Shown here in pieces: positions 17,703 through 25,401 of a stretch of DNA of 64,000 bases. The stretch is from Limisphaerales bacterium (GTDB lineage Bacteria > Verrucomicrobiota > Verrucomicrobiia > Limisphaerales > JBGAJN01), in NCBI GenBank assembly GCA_044224905.1, contig JBGAJN010000001.1, positions 1,079,266 through 1,143,265 of the forward strand, given 5' to 3'. The position numbers and the translations under genes are program-made. The notes under the pieces are model-generated. The model ran no database searches and had not been told where the DNA came from. It saw nothing but the letters and a program-made list of their open reading frames with translations. Each line of letters opens with the position of its first letter. Position 1 is the first letter of the stretch.

Positions 17703-18554
17703 ATGAATAAACCAACGCCCACGGCCACGCCGACGGACTCCATGGAACGGCCGAGAAATCTCGGGCGGCTTGTCGGTCGTTTGGGCGGATGGGTTTGGGC
17801 GCAATGGGACGAAATGAGGTACGCCGCAGCCGTGATTGGAACGGTGCTGTTCGCCAGCCTTCAACCCAAGCATTGGGTCCGCGTCGTTCGGCGCGCGCTG
17901 GCGCGGCAAGTGGTGAACATCGGTGTCGAATCGGTAGGGTTTGTTCTCGCCCTCGCTTTGTTGGTTGGGATCGCCGTCGTGGTGCAACTCGCGTTTTGGA
18001 CCGGCGAAGTAGGGCAGTCGCAATTGCTGGGACCTTTGTTGGTGACGGTGATCGCTCGCGAACTCGGTCCCGTGCTGATCAACATCGTGGTGATCGTGCG
18101 CAGTGGCAGTGCCATGGCGACAGAGTTGGGCATCATGCAAATCGGTGGGAGAATTGATGAACTCGAGACCCAAGGAAACGCGCCGTTCATTCATCTGGTC
18201 ATGCCGCGTGTGCTGGGCGCCGCGGTGTCGACGTTTTGCCTGACGATAATTTTCATCCTTGGCGCACTGGCGAGCGGGTTCTTCTTCGGAGCGATTCTTG
18301 GGACGAGCAGTTCAGATCTTTCCCTTTTCCTCAACAGCGTGGCGAATGCGGTTCATCCCAAGGACGTGGCGAATGTCGCTGCGAAAAGCATCCTCCCTGC
18401 GCTGTTCGCCAGCGCGTGTTGTTGCATTGGCGGGCTAAGTGTCGGCGGATCCCAGATTGAGCAACTGCCTCAGGCCGCGCAACGGGCGCTTGCCCGCTCC
18501 ATCACGGGACTGTTCGTCATCGCCGCAGTAGTGACGCTGTTGACCTATTTTTAA
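17703..18554 (+). CDS. mlaE: MlaE-family ABC transporter permease
   Basis: 283 aa. ARELGPVLINIVVIVRSGSAMATELGIMQIGGRIDELETQG matches the MlaE/Ttg2B signature (ELGPVLTA..RAGSA..AEIG.M...EQ). Starts 3 nt after the AI-2E gene stop. Confidence 0.85.
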   Translation: MNKPTPTATPTDSMERPRNLGRLVGRLGGWVWAQWDEMRYAAAVIGTVLFASLQPKHWVRVVRRALARQVVNIGVESVGFVLALALLVGIAVVVQLAFWTGEVGQSQLLGPLLVTVIARELGPVLINIVVIVRSGSAMATELGIMQIGGRIDELETQGNAPFIHLVMPRVLGAAVSTFCLTIIFILGALASGFFFGAILGTSSSDLSLFLNSVANAVHPKDVANVAAKSILPALFASACCCIGGLSVGGSQIEQLPQAAQRALARSITGLFVIAAVVTLLTYF

Positions 18555-18583
18555 TCACCATGAAAACGCCACTTATTTGACTG

Positions 18584-19579
18584 ATGGAACCACGCCTTAA
18601 ATTTCGACACGTCAACGAACTCACGGGCACATTCGTGATCGTGGTCATGCTGGCGCTGGTTGTCGCCGTGGTGTGGGCGGGACGCAGTCAACGATGGTTC
18701 AAAAGCAATGTCACGCTGCGGATCTCCCTGCCGGAGGACGGAGCGGCAGGCATTCGTCAGGGATCCGAGGTTTACTTTTTGGGCACACTTGTCGGATCGG
18801 TTTCCGACGTCATCGTAGCGACCACGGGCCGCATGGAAGCCAAGGCAAACATCCGCCGTGACTTTTTCCGTTTCGTGCGGACTGATTCTTCCGCCGTCGT
18901 CAAAAAGAAATTCGGCGTGGCAGGCGACTCATTTTTTGAGATCACCCGCGGCGCAGGCCACCCTCTTCCGGAGGAAAATGCCGCAATCGTTTGCAACGAG
19001 CAGTTCCAGAGCGCGCTCGAATCCGCAGTGGAAGAAATCCGGCGTGAGGCGCTGCTCATGTTGAAGAAAGTAAACAGCGGGCTGGACACGTGGACGAAAT
19101 TGGGCACCAACCTTGGTGAAACGCAGCAGCATCTCGATCAATTCACCGTTCGCTTGCAAAACATGGCAGCGAACGTCGAAGCGGGCAAAGGGACCGTGGG
19201 TAAGCTGCTCACCGAACCCGCTTTGGCTGACGAGGCGAAGCGTTTGCTGGCCCGCGCGAACGACGCCATGAACGCATTGCAGGGCGTAGTCACCAATTTG
19301 AACGGCGTCGTGAAGAACATTCAGAACGGCACCTCCCGACTGCCGGAGATCACCGACGCGGTGGCGAACGAAGCCAAAGACCTTCCCGGGCTCGTACAAC
19401 AAACACAGGCCTCAATGCGGGAAGTGGAACGGTTGATCGAAGCCATGCAGCGGCACTGGCTCTTGCGAAAGTATGTGAACAAAACAAACCCACCGCCGTT
19501 GCTCCCGCGGGACTTCAACGACCGTTCGGAGAAGGAGTCAGCGCCGCCGCTGCGATCACCGAGGAATTCAGGGAACTGA
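18584..19579 (+). CDS. mlaD: MlaD/MCE-domain substrate-binding protein with long helical C-terminus
   Basis: N-terminal TM anchor, then the MCE core (VTLRISLPEDGAAGIRQGSEVYFLGTLVGSVSDVIV) and a coiled-coil tail. Confidence 0.85.
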   Translation: MEPRLKFRHVNELTGTFVIVVMLALVVAVVWAGRSQRWFKSNVTLRISLPEDGAAGIRQGSEVYFLGTLVGSVSDVIVATTGRMEAKANIRRDFFRFVRTDSSAVVKKKFGVAGDSFFEITRGAGHPLPEENAAIVCNEQFQSALESAVEEIRREALLMLKKVNSGLDTWTKLGTNLGETQQHLDQFTVRLQNMAANVEAGKGTVGKLLTEPALADEAKRLLARANDAMNALQGVVTNLNGVVKNIQNGTSRLPEITDAVANEAKDLPGLVQQTQASMREVERLIEAMQRHWLLRKYVNKTNPPPLLPRDFNDRSEKESAPPLRSPRNSGN

Positions 19580-19628
19580 TGGTTGCGCAGAAAACGCAGT
19601 CGGCTGATTTCGAACACCGACTTCAGTA

Positions 19629-19646
19629 GGGTTACACCCCATAGCT
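19629..19646 (+). promoter_or_regulatory. CACCCCAT-box copy (GGGTTACACCCCATAGCT, preceded by TA)
   Basis: 18-mer identical to 12912-12929. The 14-mer core ends 78 nt upstream of ATG 19720. Confidence 0.55.
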
Positions 19647-19719
19647 TGGAGTAGGCGCCTCATTCAACGTGTTGAGAGTGATAAAAACCTCAAAAACCAG
19701 CATCGAAAGCTCCTGCACT

Positions 19720-20502
19720 ATGAAACTTAAATCCAATCGCTCGCTCGCCATTCTCGTGGCGGCCGGCACAATGTTTGTTACCTCCGCGTCGCTCCGCGCT
19801 ACCGAGACCGACGATCGTATCGAGTCATCCGCGAAACAATCGTACGTCTTCAAGACCTACCTTGCGGAAGACTCTATCAAGACCCAATCCAAAAACGGCA
19901 TGGTCACGTTGACCGGCACTGTTGCCACCGACGCCCACAAATCGCTCGCGCAAGACACCGTCGAGAGTTTGCCCGGCGTCACCGGCGTGGATAATCGTCT
20001 CAAGGTCAAAGGCGAAAATCCCACGGAACATTCGGACACTTGGATTGGCATGAAAGTGAAATCCGCGCTCCTTTTCCACCGCAACGTCAGCGCCAGCAAG
20101 ACGACTGTGAATGTTAAGGACGGAGTCGTCACCTTGACCGGCGAAGCGTCGAGCATGGCTCAAAAGGAATTGGTTACGGAGTACGCCAAAGACATCGACA
20201 ACGTCAAAGAAGTGAAGAACCAAATGACCGTTGCCACCTCGCCGGCGAAGGAAGAACTGACCATTGGCGACAAGATTGACGACGCGTCGATCACCGCACA
20301 GGTCAAAGCCACCTTGCTGTCGCATCGTTCCACCAGCGCCGTGAAAACCAAGGTCACGACCCAAAACGGCGTCGTCACCGTCAGCGGAATCGCCAAGAAC
20401 GCCGCGGAGAAAAGCCTCGTTACCAAACTCGTCACTGACGTCAACGGAGTCAGCAGCGTGATCAATAACATGACGCTCGCCGTGCCCGTGGTTAAGAACT
20501 AA
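19720..20502 (+). CDS. osmY: periplasmic triple-BON-domain protein (OsmY-like)
   Basis: Signal peptide MKLKSNRSLAILVAAGTMFVTSASLRA, then three repeats of the BON pattern (..VTLTGTVATDAHKSLAQDTVESLPGVTGVDNRLKV.., ..VVTLTGEASSMAQKELVTEYAKDIDNVKEVKNQMTV.., ..VVTVSGIAKNAAEKSLVTKLVTDVNGVSSVINNMTL..). The track ORF was trimmed from 19669. Confidence 0.85.
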   Translation: MKLKSNRSLAILVAAGTMFVTSASLRATETDDRIESSAKQSYVFKTYLAEDSIKTQSKNGMVTLTGTVATDAHKSLAQDTVESLPGVTGVDNRLKVKGENPTEHSDTWIGMKVKSALLFHRNVSASKTTVNVKDGVVTLTGEASSMAQKELVTEYAKDIDNVKEVKNQMTVATSPAKEELTIGDKIDDASITAQVKATLLSHRSTSAVKTKVTTQNGVVTVSGIAKNAAEKSLVTKLVTDVNGVSSVINNMTLAVPVVKN

Positions 20503-20519
20503 TTCGATCGATCTCTGTG

Positions 20520-20543
20520 GGCCGGTGCGGAAACGCACCGGCC
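20520..20543 (+). terminator. GC-rich hairpin after the BON gene (no U-tract)
   Basis: GGCCGGTGCG-GAAA-CGCACCGGCC forms a perfect 10-bp stem with a GNRA-like loop. The following sequence, TCCGCTG, lacks a T-run, so terminator function is uncertain. Confidence 0.35.
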
Positions 20544-20577
20544 TCCGCTGACTCAATCTTACAATCCGGATACTTTT

Positions 20578-20727
20578 ATGTTGTACACTATAGCGGTTTT
20601 GCTTCTGGTTTTGTGGCTGCTCGGTTTGGTGAGCAGTTACACCATGGGCGGATTCATTCACATCCTATTGGTGGTTGCCGTTGTGATGATTCTGGTGAAT
20701 CTCATCTCCGGTCGTCGCCGCGTGTAG
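20578..20727 (+). CDS. 49-aa lmo0937-family small membrane protein
   Basis: Not in the ORF track (<60 aa). ATG 20578 to TAG 20725-20727 encodes MLYTIAVLLLVLWLLGLVSSYTMGGFIHILLVVAVVMILVNLISGRRRV. Two TM helices and the GGxIH.LLV..V pattern match the lmo0937 family (recollection). Confidence 0.7.
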   Translation: MLYTIAVLLLVLWLLGLVSSYTMGGFIHILLVVAVVMILVNLISGRRRV

Positions 20728-20819
20728 CAATCAGTTTGGCGAGGGGCTCAAAAGGTGCGGAATATAGCTGATTCATTTTGAGAGTTTGTTCGACCGGAAA
20801 TCTCCAGGAAACAATTCAC

Positions 20820-21038
20820 ATGAATACAAGAACTACAATCGGGGTAATCCTAATTGCCCTTGGTATCGTCGTGCTCGCCTATTCCGGCATCACGTTCAAG
20901 ACACCCGGTAAGCCCATCGAGTTTTTCGGTATCCACATTGCCACCACCGACAGTCACTTCGTACCGCCGGTCGTAGGAGCGATAGCGTTGGTCGGCGGAA
21001 TTGCACTCCTCGCGATAAAGCAGAATCGCGTCCGATGA
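20820..21038 (+). CDS. 72-aa two-TM small membrane protein (DUF3185-like architecture)
   Basis: MNTRTTIGVILIALGIVVLAYSG...VVGAIALVGGIALLAIKQNRVR. The track ORF starts at a TTG at 20778; I trimmed it to ATG 20820. Confidence 0.65.
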   Translation: MNTRTTIGVILIALGIVVLAYSGITFKTPGKPIEFFGIHIATTDSHFVPPVVGAIALVGGIALLAIKQNRVR

Positions 21039-21256
21039 AGGATGCGCGAACGGTTGCAAGTCTACCACTGCCTCTTGTGGGTTGGATATCCGAAGAAGTA
21101 CCAGTTTTAGTTTCCGGGACGGCTGATTGGTCGCGGCATTTCGAGGCAGTCGCTCAATTCTGTCAGAAGCGCATGTTGATTGGCGCGTTGGAAAGGGCCA
21201 TAGCAGTGCAGTGCGATATAAGCGCCTGGTTGTCGCGGTTGGCATGGCGGCGTTAA
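21035..21256 (+). CDS. possible 73-aa protein, unknown function (weak call)
   Basis: Its ATG overlaps the preceding stop as ATGA (21035-21038). The sequence MKDARTVASLPLPLVGWISEEVPVLVSGTADWSRHFEAVAQFCQKRMLIGALERAIAVQCDISAWLSRLAWRR is not Arg/Ala-biased like shadow ORFs. However, third-position GC is only about 55 percent (hand count) and I recognise no family. Confidence 0.3.
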   Translation: MKDARTVASLPLPLVGWISEEVPVLVSGTADWSRHFEAVAQFCQKRMLIGALERAIAVQCDISAWLSRLAWRR

Positions 21257-21272
21257 TACGACGCACCAAGCC

Positions 21273-21280
21273 GGGGGGGG
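21273..21280. repeat. G8 homopolymer tract in an ORF-poor intergenic region
   Basis: ccGGGGGGGGatg read at 21271-21283. Confidence 0.9.
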
Positions 21281-21458
21281 ATGCTGGGTAATAATTGGAC
21301 GAGTCTCTACCGGCATAGGGATTGCAGTCCGTGCTGGGGCCTATTTTACGATAGCCATCCGCCCAGAATCTCGGAACGCGTGGAAACGAGGATCGTAGAC
21401 CTTTCTGAGCGTTGGGAATCTGTCAGAACGCTTTGGAAGTTGCTGGTGCCTGTGCGGC

Positions 21459-21764
21459 TTAGGCTTTTTCTTCGGCAATCGCCCGCTCGACAAATTTAGG
21501 TTTCAGTAAATCCTTCCACTCGTTCGGAGCAAAAGGAGCGTCCAGTCTGCGCAATCCGTCTTCGTTCGGCTGGGGACAGATCGTGATGCCTGCGTTGCAT
21601 GCGGGACGCTTGAAATAAGACCCATATTTTAGGCCTTCGACAGGCTCGTGCGGTTCGTGACGCGGAGTGTGGCCTTCCTTTCGCGGTACCCAATTGATGG
21701 CCGAACTGCGGGACATTCGGCTGGCGCGGTGGAATTGAATGCCGTGCTTGGATTTCTCGTCCAC
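21459..21764 (-). CDS. hypothetical protein (101 aa, His/Pro/Lys-rich, soluble)
   Basis: This is the only ORF here with protein-like composition (..INWVPRKEGHTPRHEPHEPVEGLKYGSYFKRPACNAGITICPQPNEDGLRRLDAPFAPNEWKDLLKPKFVERAIAEEKA). The overlapping frame 21496-21810 looks like a shadow ORF. No family recognised. Confidence 0.45.
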   Translation of the reverse strand: MDEKSKHGIQFHRASRMSRSSAINWVPRKEGHTPRHEPHEPVEGLKYGSYFKRPACNAGITICPQPNEDGLRRLDAPFAPNEWKDLLKPKFVERAIAEEKA

Positions 21765-21970
21765 TTTTCACTGCCCCTACCAATCGATTCTCACTTGTCC
21801 CCGCGCCCATCGCGACGTTCGACAGTTTCTTTGTTTAGTCCGCCCGCTGGTCGAAGCCGCTTAACTCAGTCCGTGGCTGGCGGAGTTTCGTCTCTGGTGT
21901 CGGCGGCCCTACAACTCAATTGAAATCTCGTGCCTTTCGTCAAGATGCCCGAAGGACGTCGTGAGCGCCC

Positions 21971-23497
21971 TTAGCGCGCCTGAAAACTCTCCGCTAAGGC
22001 CACAGCTTTCAGCATCGCCTTGGACTTGTTCACCGTTTCCTGAAACTCCGCTTCGGGCGTGGAGTCGTTCACCCAGCCGCCACCGGCTTGCACGTAGGCT
22101 TTGCCGTCTTTGAGCAGCGCCGTGCGGATGGTGATGCAGCAATCGAGGTTGCCGTTGAAGGAAAAGTAGCCGACGCAACCGCCGTACGGGCCGCGCGCGG
22201 TGCCTTCGAGTTCGGAGATGATTTGCATCGCGCGAATTTTCGGAGCGCCGCTCAACGTGCCGGCGGGGAACGTGGCGCGCATGAGATCATACGGCGTGCG
22301 CGACGCGGAGAGACGGCCCTCGACCTGCGAGACGATGTGCATTACGTGGCTGTAACGCTCGATCGTCATCAGGTCTTTCACCTGCACGCTGCCGTAATCG
22401 CACACGCGACCAAGGTCATTTCGGGCGAGATCGACGAGCATCACGTGCTCGGCGCGTTCCTTGGGATCGGCGAGCAATTCTTTTTCGAGCGCGAGATCTT
22501 CGGCGGTGTCTTTCCCGCGCGGACGCGTGCCGGCGATCGGACGGATCTCGATCGTGCGCTCTTCGCAACGCACGTGAATCTCCGGCGACGCGCCGACGAG
22601 CGCGAACCCGTCGAGTTCGAGGAGAAACATGTAGGGCGATGGATTGATGGAACGAGCCGCGCGGTAAACGTCGAGCGGCGGTGCCTTCACGGTCGTGGAA
22701 AAACGCTGCGAACCGACGACCTGAATGATGTCGCCCGCGGTGATGTATTCCTTCGCCTTGAGCACGTTCGCGAGGAACTTTTCCTTCGCGACGTTCGACT
22801 CGAACGGCACGGACGGCACTTGTGTCGGCACCGTGACAGGCGTGTGGTGCGTGGGTTGTTCGAGCAACGACACGAGGCGATCAATCTCGCTCGTGGCGGA
22901 TTCGTAGGCTTCCTCGGGCTTGGTCTGGTCGTCGAGGATGGCGTTGACGAGCACGGTGATCGTCTGTGCGACGCGGTCGAAGATGAGCAGTTCATCCGCG
23001 ATGAGGAAATACATCACGGGCGTTTTCAAATCATCCTGCGGAGGACGCGGCACGATGGGTTCGATGTCGTGGATGAATTCGTAGCCGATGAAGCCGACCG
23101 CGCCGCCAGTGAACCGCGGCAAGCCCGGCACCGCCACTGCCTGGTATCGCTTCATCACGAGTTCGACCACTTCGAGGCCGTCCTTCACGCACTTTCCGCA
23201 GTCTTCGTTGGGCTTCGTGGGGATCGCGAATTTTTCGACCACCTTGCCGCCTTCGATGACTTCGATGCGGTTGGCTGTTTGACGGATGATTGCGCGCGGG
23301 TTGCAGCCGACGAAGGAATAGCGTCCGAGGTGTTCGCCGCCTTCGACGGATTCGAATAGGAACGATTCACCCTGACCGCGGATTTTCTGATACGCCGAGA
23401 GCGGCGTTTCAAAGTCCGCGAGCAACTTGCGCGTAACGGGGATGAGGTTTCCCTGTTGCGCGAGCTTCAAAAATTCAGGCTGCGTCGGAAAGTGCAT
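21971..23497 (-). CDS. trpE: anthranilate synthase component I
   Basis: 508 aa. N-terminal LIPV.R.L.AD.ETPLSAYQK motif and C-terminal chorismate-binding block (GTLSGAPKIRAMQIISELEGTARGPYGGCVGYF...). Confidence 0.95.
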   Translation of the reverse strand: MHFPTQPEFLKLAQQGNLIPVTRKLLADFETPLSAYQKIRGQGESFLFESVEGGEHLGRYSFVGCNPRAIIRQTANRIEVIEGGKVVEKFAIPTKPNEDCGKCVKDGLEVVELVMKRYQAVAVPGLPRFTGGAVGFIGYEFIHDIEPIVPRPPQDDLKTPVMYFLIADELLIFDRVAQTITVLVNAILDDQTKPEEAYESATSEIDRLVSLLEQPTHHTPVTVPTQVPSVPFESNVAKEKFLANVLKAKEYITAGDIIQVVGSQRFSTTVKAPPLDVYRAARSINPSPYMFLLELDGFALVGASPEIHVRCEERTIEIRPIAGTRPRGKDTAEDLALEKELLADPKERAEHVMLVDLARNDLGRVCDYGSVQVKDLMTIERYSHVMHIVSQVEGRLSASRTPYDLMRATFPAGTLSGAPKIRAMQIISELEGTARGPYGGCVGYFSFNGNLDCCITIRTALLKDGKAYVQAGGGWVNDSTPEAEFQETVNKSKAMLKAVALAESFQAR

Positions 23498-23512
23498 AAA
23501 CGGCCCGCGAAT

Positions 23513-24037
23513 CTAACCGCTTCGCCGCCGGATGCGCCAGACTGAAAGCGTCGAGTAAAACGCCACCGCCACGGCGTAGGCAACCATCCCCATGCCGATC
23601 GAAAAGGGAATGAGTTCGTTGTCGGAGAAATACACGAGCGCCGCCCCGATCAAGGCCGTGAGCGCGGATTGCGCAAACATGCAGACGAGGTAGATGCCGA
23701 TGCCGGTGGTCTCGAGCTGGTGCGCGATGAAGCTGCGGTAGGAGTGTTCGCCGAGGGAGCGCGTCAACCACGCATGGTGAAAATTCCGCGCGGCCACCAA
23801 AAGGCTCGTGGTGCAGATCACGATGGAGGTGACCGCGTAAAAGGCGAACGCGAGGCAAAGCCCGACGTTCACAACCGCGCCCCACTTCCAGCCGAGTTTC
23901 TTGGCGATGGGATTGCCTTCGAGCACAAGATTGGGCGTCGCCACCCACGTACTCAGGAAATCCATCGCGCGGGAAAAAATCATCAACCCGAGGAAGACGA
24001 GGTATTCCCGACTGCCGAATGGGAGGAGATCTTCCAT
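23513..24037 (-). CDS. polytopic membrane protein, DUF5658-like
   Basis: 174 aa with about five TM helices. The motif DFLSTWVATPNLVLEGNPIAKKLGW resembles the EGNP signature of DUF5658 proteins (recollection). Its stop lies 15 nt upstream of the trpE start. Confidence 0.65.
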   Translation of the reverse strand: MEDLLPFGSREYLVFLGLMIFSRAMDFLSTWVATPNLVLEGNPIAKKLGWKWGAVVNVGLCLAFAFYAVTSIVICTTSLLVAARNFHHAWLTRSLGEHSYRSFIAHQLETTGIGIYLVCMFAQSALTALIGAALVYFSDNELIPFSIGMGMVAYAVAVAFYSTLSVWRIRRRSG

Positions 24038-24115
24038 GTGTTAAAAGTTGAGAGTGTTTTGAGCTGAGAGGAAGAATCGCGCGCTGGCGGCGCTCAACTT
24101 TCAACTCCCCAACTC

Positions 24116-24508
24116 TCAACTCTTTTTTCCGTAAATCTGTTCGGGAGTCTCGAGTTGCGGCTCGGTGATCTTGAAGTCGCCCGCCTTGTCGGCCACGGAG
24201 CGGAAGAAGCACGAACGATAGCCTTCGTGACACGCGGCGCCGATTTGCTCGACCTGAATGAGCAACGTGTCGCCATCGCAATCGAACGAGAGATCCTTCA
24301 CGGTTTGCGTGTGGCCGCTGCTCTCGCCCTTCATCCAGAACTTCTGGCGCGAACGGCTCCAGAAATGCGTCTTGCCCGTGGCGATGGTCGATTCGAGCGA
24401 GGCGCGGTTCATCCATGCCATCATCAGCACGCGTCCATTGGTGGCGTCCTGAACGATCGCGGGGATCAGTCCGTCGGCGTTGAATTTCAATTTGTCGATG
24501 AAGCTCAT
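24116..24508 (-). CDS. hisI: phosphoribosyl-AMP cyclohydrolase
   Basis: 130 aa. GLIPAIVQD...[11 protein letters not shown]...G..HFWSRSR...W.KGE.SGH.Q.V......DCDGD.LL..VEQ.G.ACH.G..SCF is the HisI pattern. Confidence 0.95.
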   Translation of the reverse strand: MSFIDKLKFNADGLIPAIVQDATNGRVLMMAWMNRASLESTIATGKTHFWSRSRQKFWMKGESSGHTQTVKDLSFDCDGDTLLIQVEQIGAACHEGYRSCFFRSVADKAGDFKITEPQLETPEQIYGKKS

Positions 24509-24523
24509 GCGGCGGGAACTTTA

Positions 24524-24547
24524 GATTTACGATTCGTGATTTACGAT
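24524..24547. repeat. 10-bp direct repeat GATTTACGAT x2 (4-bp spacer) just upstream of hisI
   Basis: gatttacgat tcgt gatttacgat at 24524-24547, in the 64-bp gap between the DMT gene stop (24573) and the hisI start (24508). Confidence 0.8.
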
Positions 24548-24572
24548 GGAAAAGAGCGCGGCTCGAAATCGA

Positions 24573-24956
24573 TCACTGCTTGGGCAAGAACGTGAACGCG
24601 ACCGCGCACAAGATGCACACGAAGGCGGCGACGTGGTTCCATGCGGGTTTCACACCGAAATAGAAGAGCGCAAATCCAATGAACACAGCGAGAGTGACAA
24701 CCTCTTGGATGATCTTGAGTTGATAAGGCGAGAAGTTCGCGCTGCCCCAACGGTTCGCCGGCACCATCAGGCAATACTCGAAGAACGCGATGCCCCAACT
24801 CGCGAGCACCATCAGCCAGAGGGGCTTGTTGGTGAACTTCAGGTGTCCGTACCACGCGAAGGTCATGAAGACGTTGGAGAACAAGAGGAGCGCGATGGGG
24901 AGCCAGCGGGATTCGATGAGATTGGTCATGTGATTTATCGGGTAGGGGTCAATCAA
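24573..24956 (-). CDS. DMT-superfamily small membrane protein (DUF486 family)
   Basis: 127-aa ORF; the likely true start is ATG 24929 (MTNLIES..). LLLFSNVFMTFAWYGHLKF....W.....SWGIAFFEY.L.VPANR.G is the DUF486 signature (recollection). Confidence 0.8.
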   Translation of the reverse strand: MIDPYPINHMTNLIESRWLPIALLLFSNVFMTFAWYGHLKFTNKPLWLMVLASWGIAFFEYCLMVPANRWGSANFSPYQLKIIQEVVTLAVFIGFALFYFGVKPAWNHVAAFVCILCAVAFTFLPKQ

Positions 24957-25377
24957 GGGGACGGAGATCCGGTTCCACCCAATCGCGGCGGGCGCGGACG
25001 GACATCAGCAATTCTTTGGAATAGTAGGTGATCGGCACGTTCTTGTCGGCCAGCGGCGAATCCATCAATTGATTGAATAACGCGACCACGTCGGAGCGGT
25101 CTCGGACCCGCTGGAGCCACTCGGAAATCTGGTGGACGAAAAACCGCGTCAACGTTTCGTGGTAGCCAGAGGCGTCGCTGTTGACGGTACCGACGGATAC
25201 GTTGTACGACGAAATCAGCGGGCGCAGTTGAGCAAGAACTTCCTTCTCGGAATAACGGAGCAAGAACCACAAGCCAACGGTGAGATGCGCTTGATGGGTC
25301 CATTGAACCTTGGGCAGCGTGCGACCTTCGAAACCGTCGACCAACGCACGAATCTCCGCTTCGGTTTGAAATCTCAT
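24949..25377 (-). CDS. hypothetical soluble protein (142 aa)
   Basis: Protein-like composition and a good fit between hisF and the DMT gene on the same strand. No family recognised. Confidence 0.6.
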   Translation of the reverse strand: MRFQTEAEIRALVDGFEGRTLPKVQWTHQAHLTVGLWFLLRYSEKEVLAQLRPLISSYNVSVGTVNSDASGYHETLTRFFVHQISEWLQRVRDRSDVVALFNQLMDSPLADKNVPITYYSKELLMSVRARRDWVEPDLRPLD

Positions 25378-25401
25378 GCGGCCAGGTGCGCGCCGTCACG
25401 A

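Noticed and set aside
22088-23359. 423-aa ORF on the plus strand opposite trpE. The same phenomenon occurs at many other sites: 5247-6200 and 7287-8441 opposite the glucan synthase, 14491-15270, 16009-16644, 19825-20661, 23475-24416, 25132-26259, 27170-28630, 30908-32116, 36150-36845, 37273-38232, 38552-39562, 39609-40706, 40836-41456, 41311-42192, 44695-45843, 46630-48303, 49125-50018, 50648-51391, 53707-54927, 55420-56451 and 59898-61139.
   Set aside because: These are shadow ORFs typical of GC-rich DNA. Their translations are Arg/Ala/Gly/His-rich with no recognisable motifs. In each case the opposite strand encodes a protein with clear family signatures along its full length.
24038-24120. 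GTTGAGAGT / CAACTYTCAAC word repeats and a long-range inverted repeat between hisI and the DUF5658-like gene. Similar AAGTTG words occur in the pyrH-frr spacer (57556-57632).
   Set aside because: The stems are short and imperfect with large loops. I could not define a consistent motif or a terminator with a U-tract. They may be promoter or processing elements, but the evidence is too weak to call.
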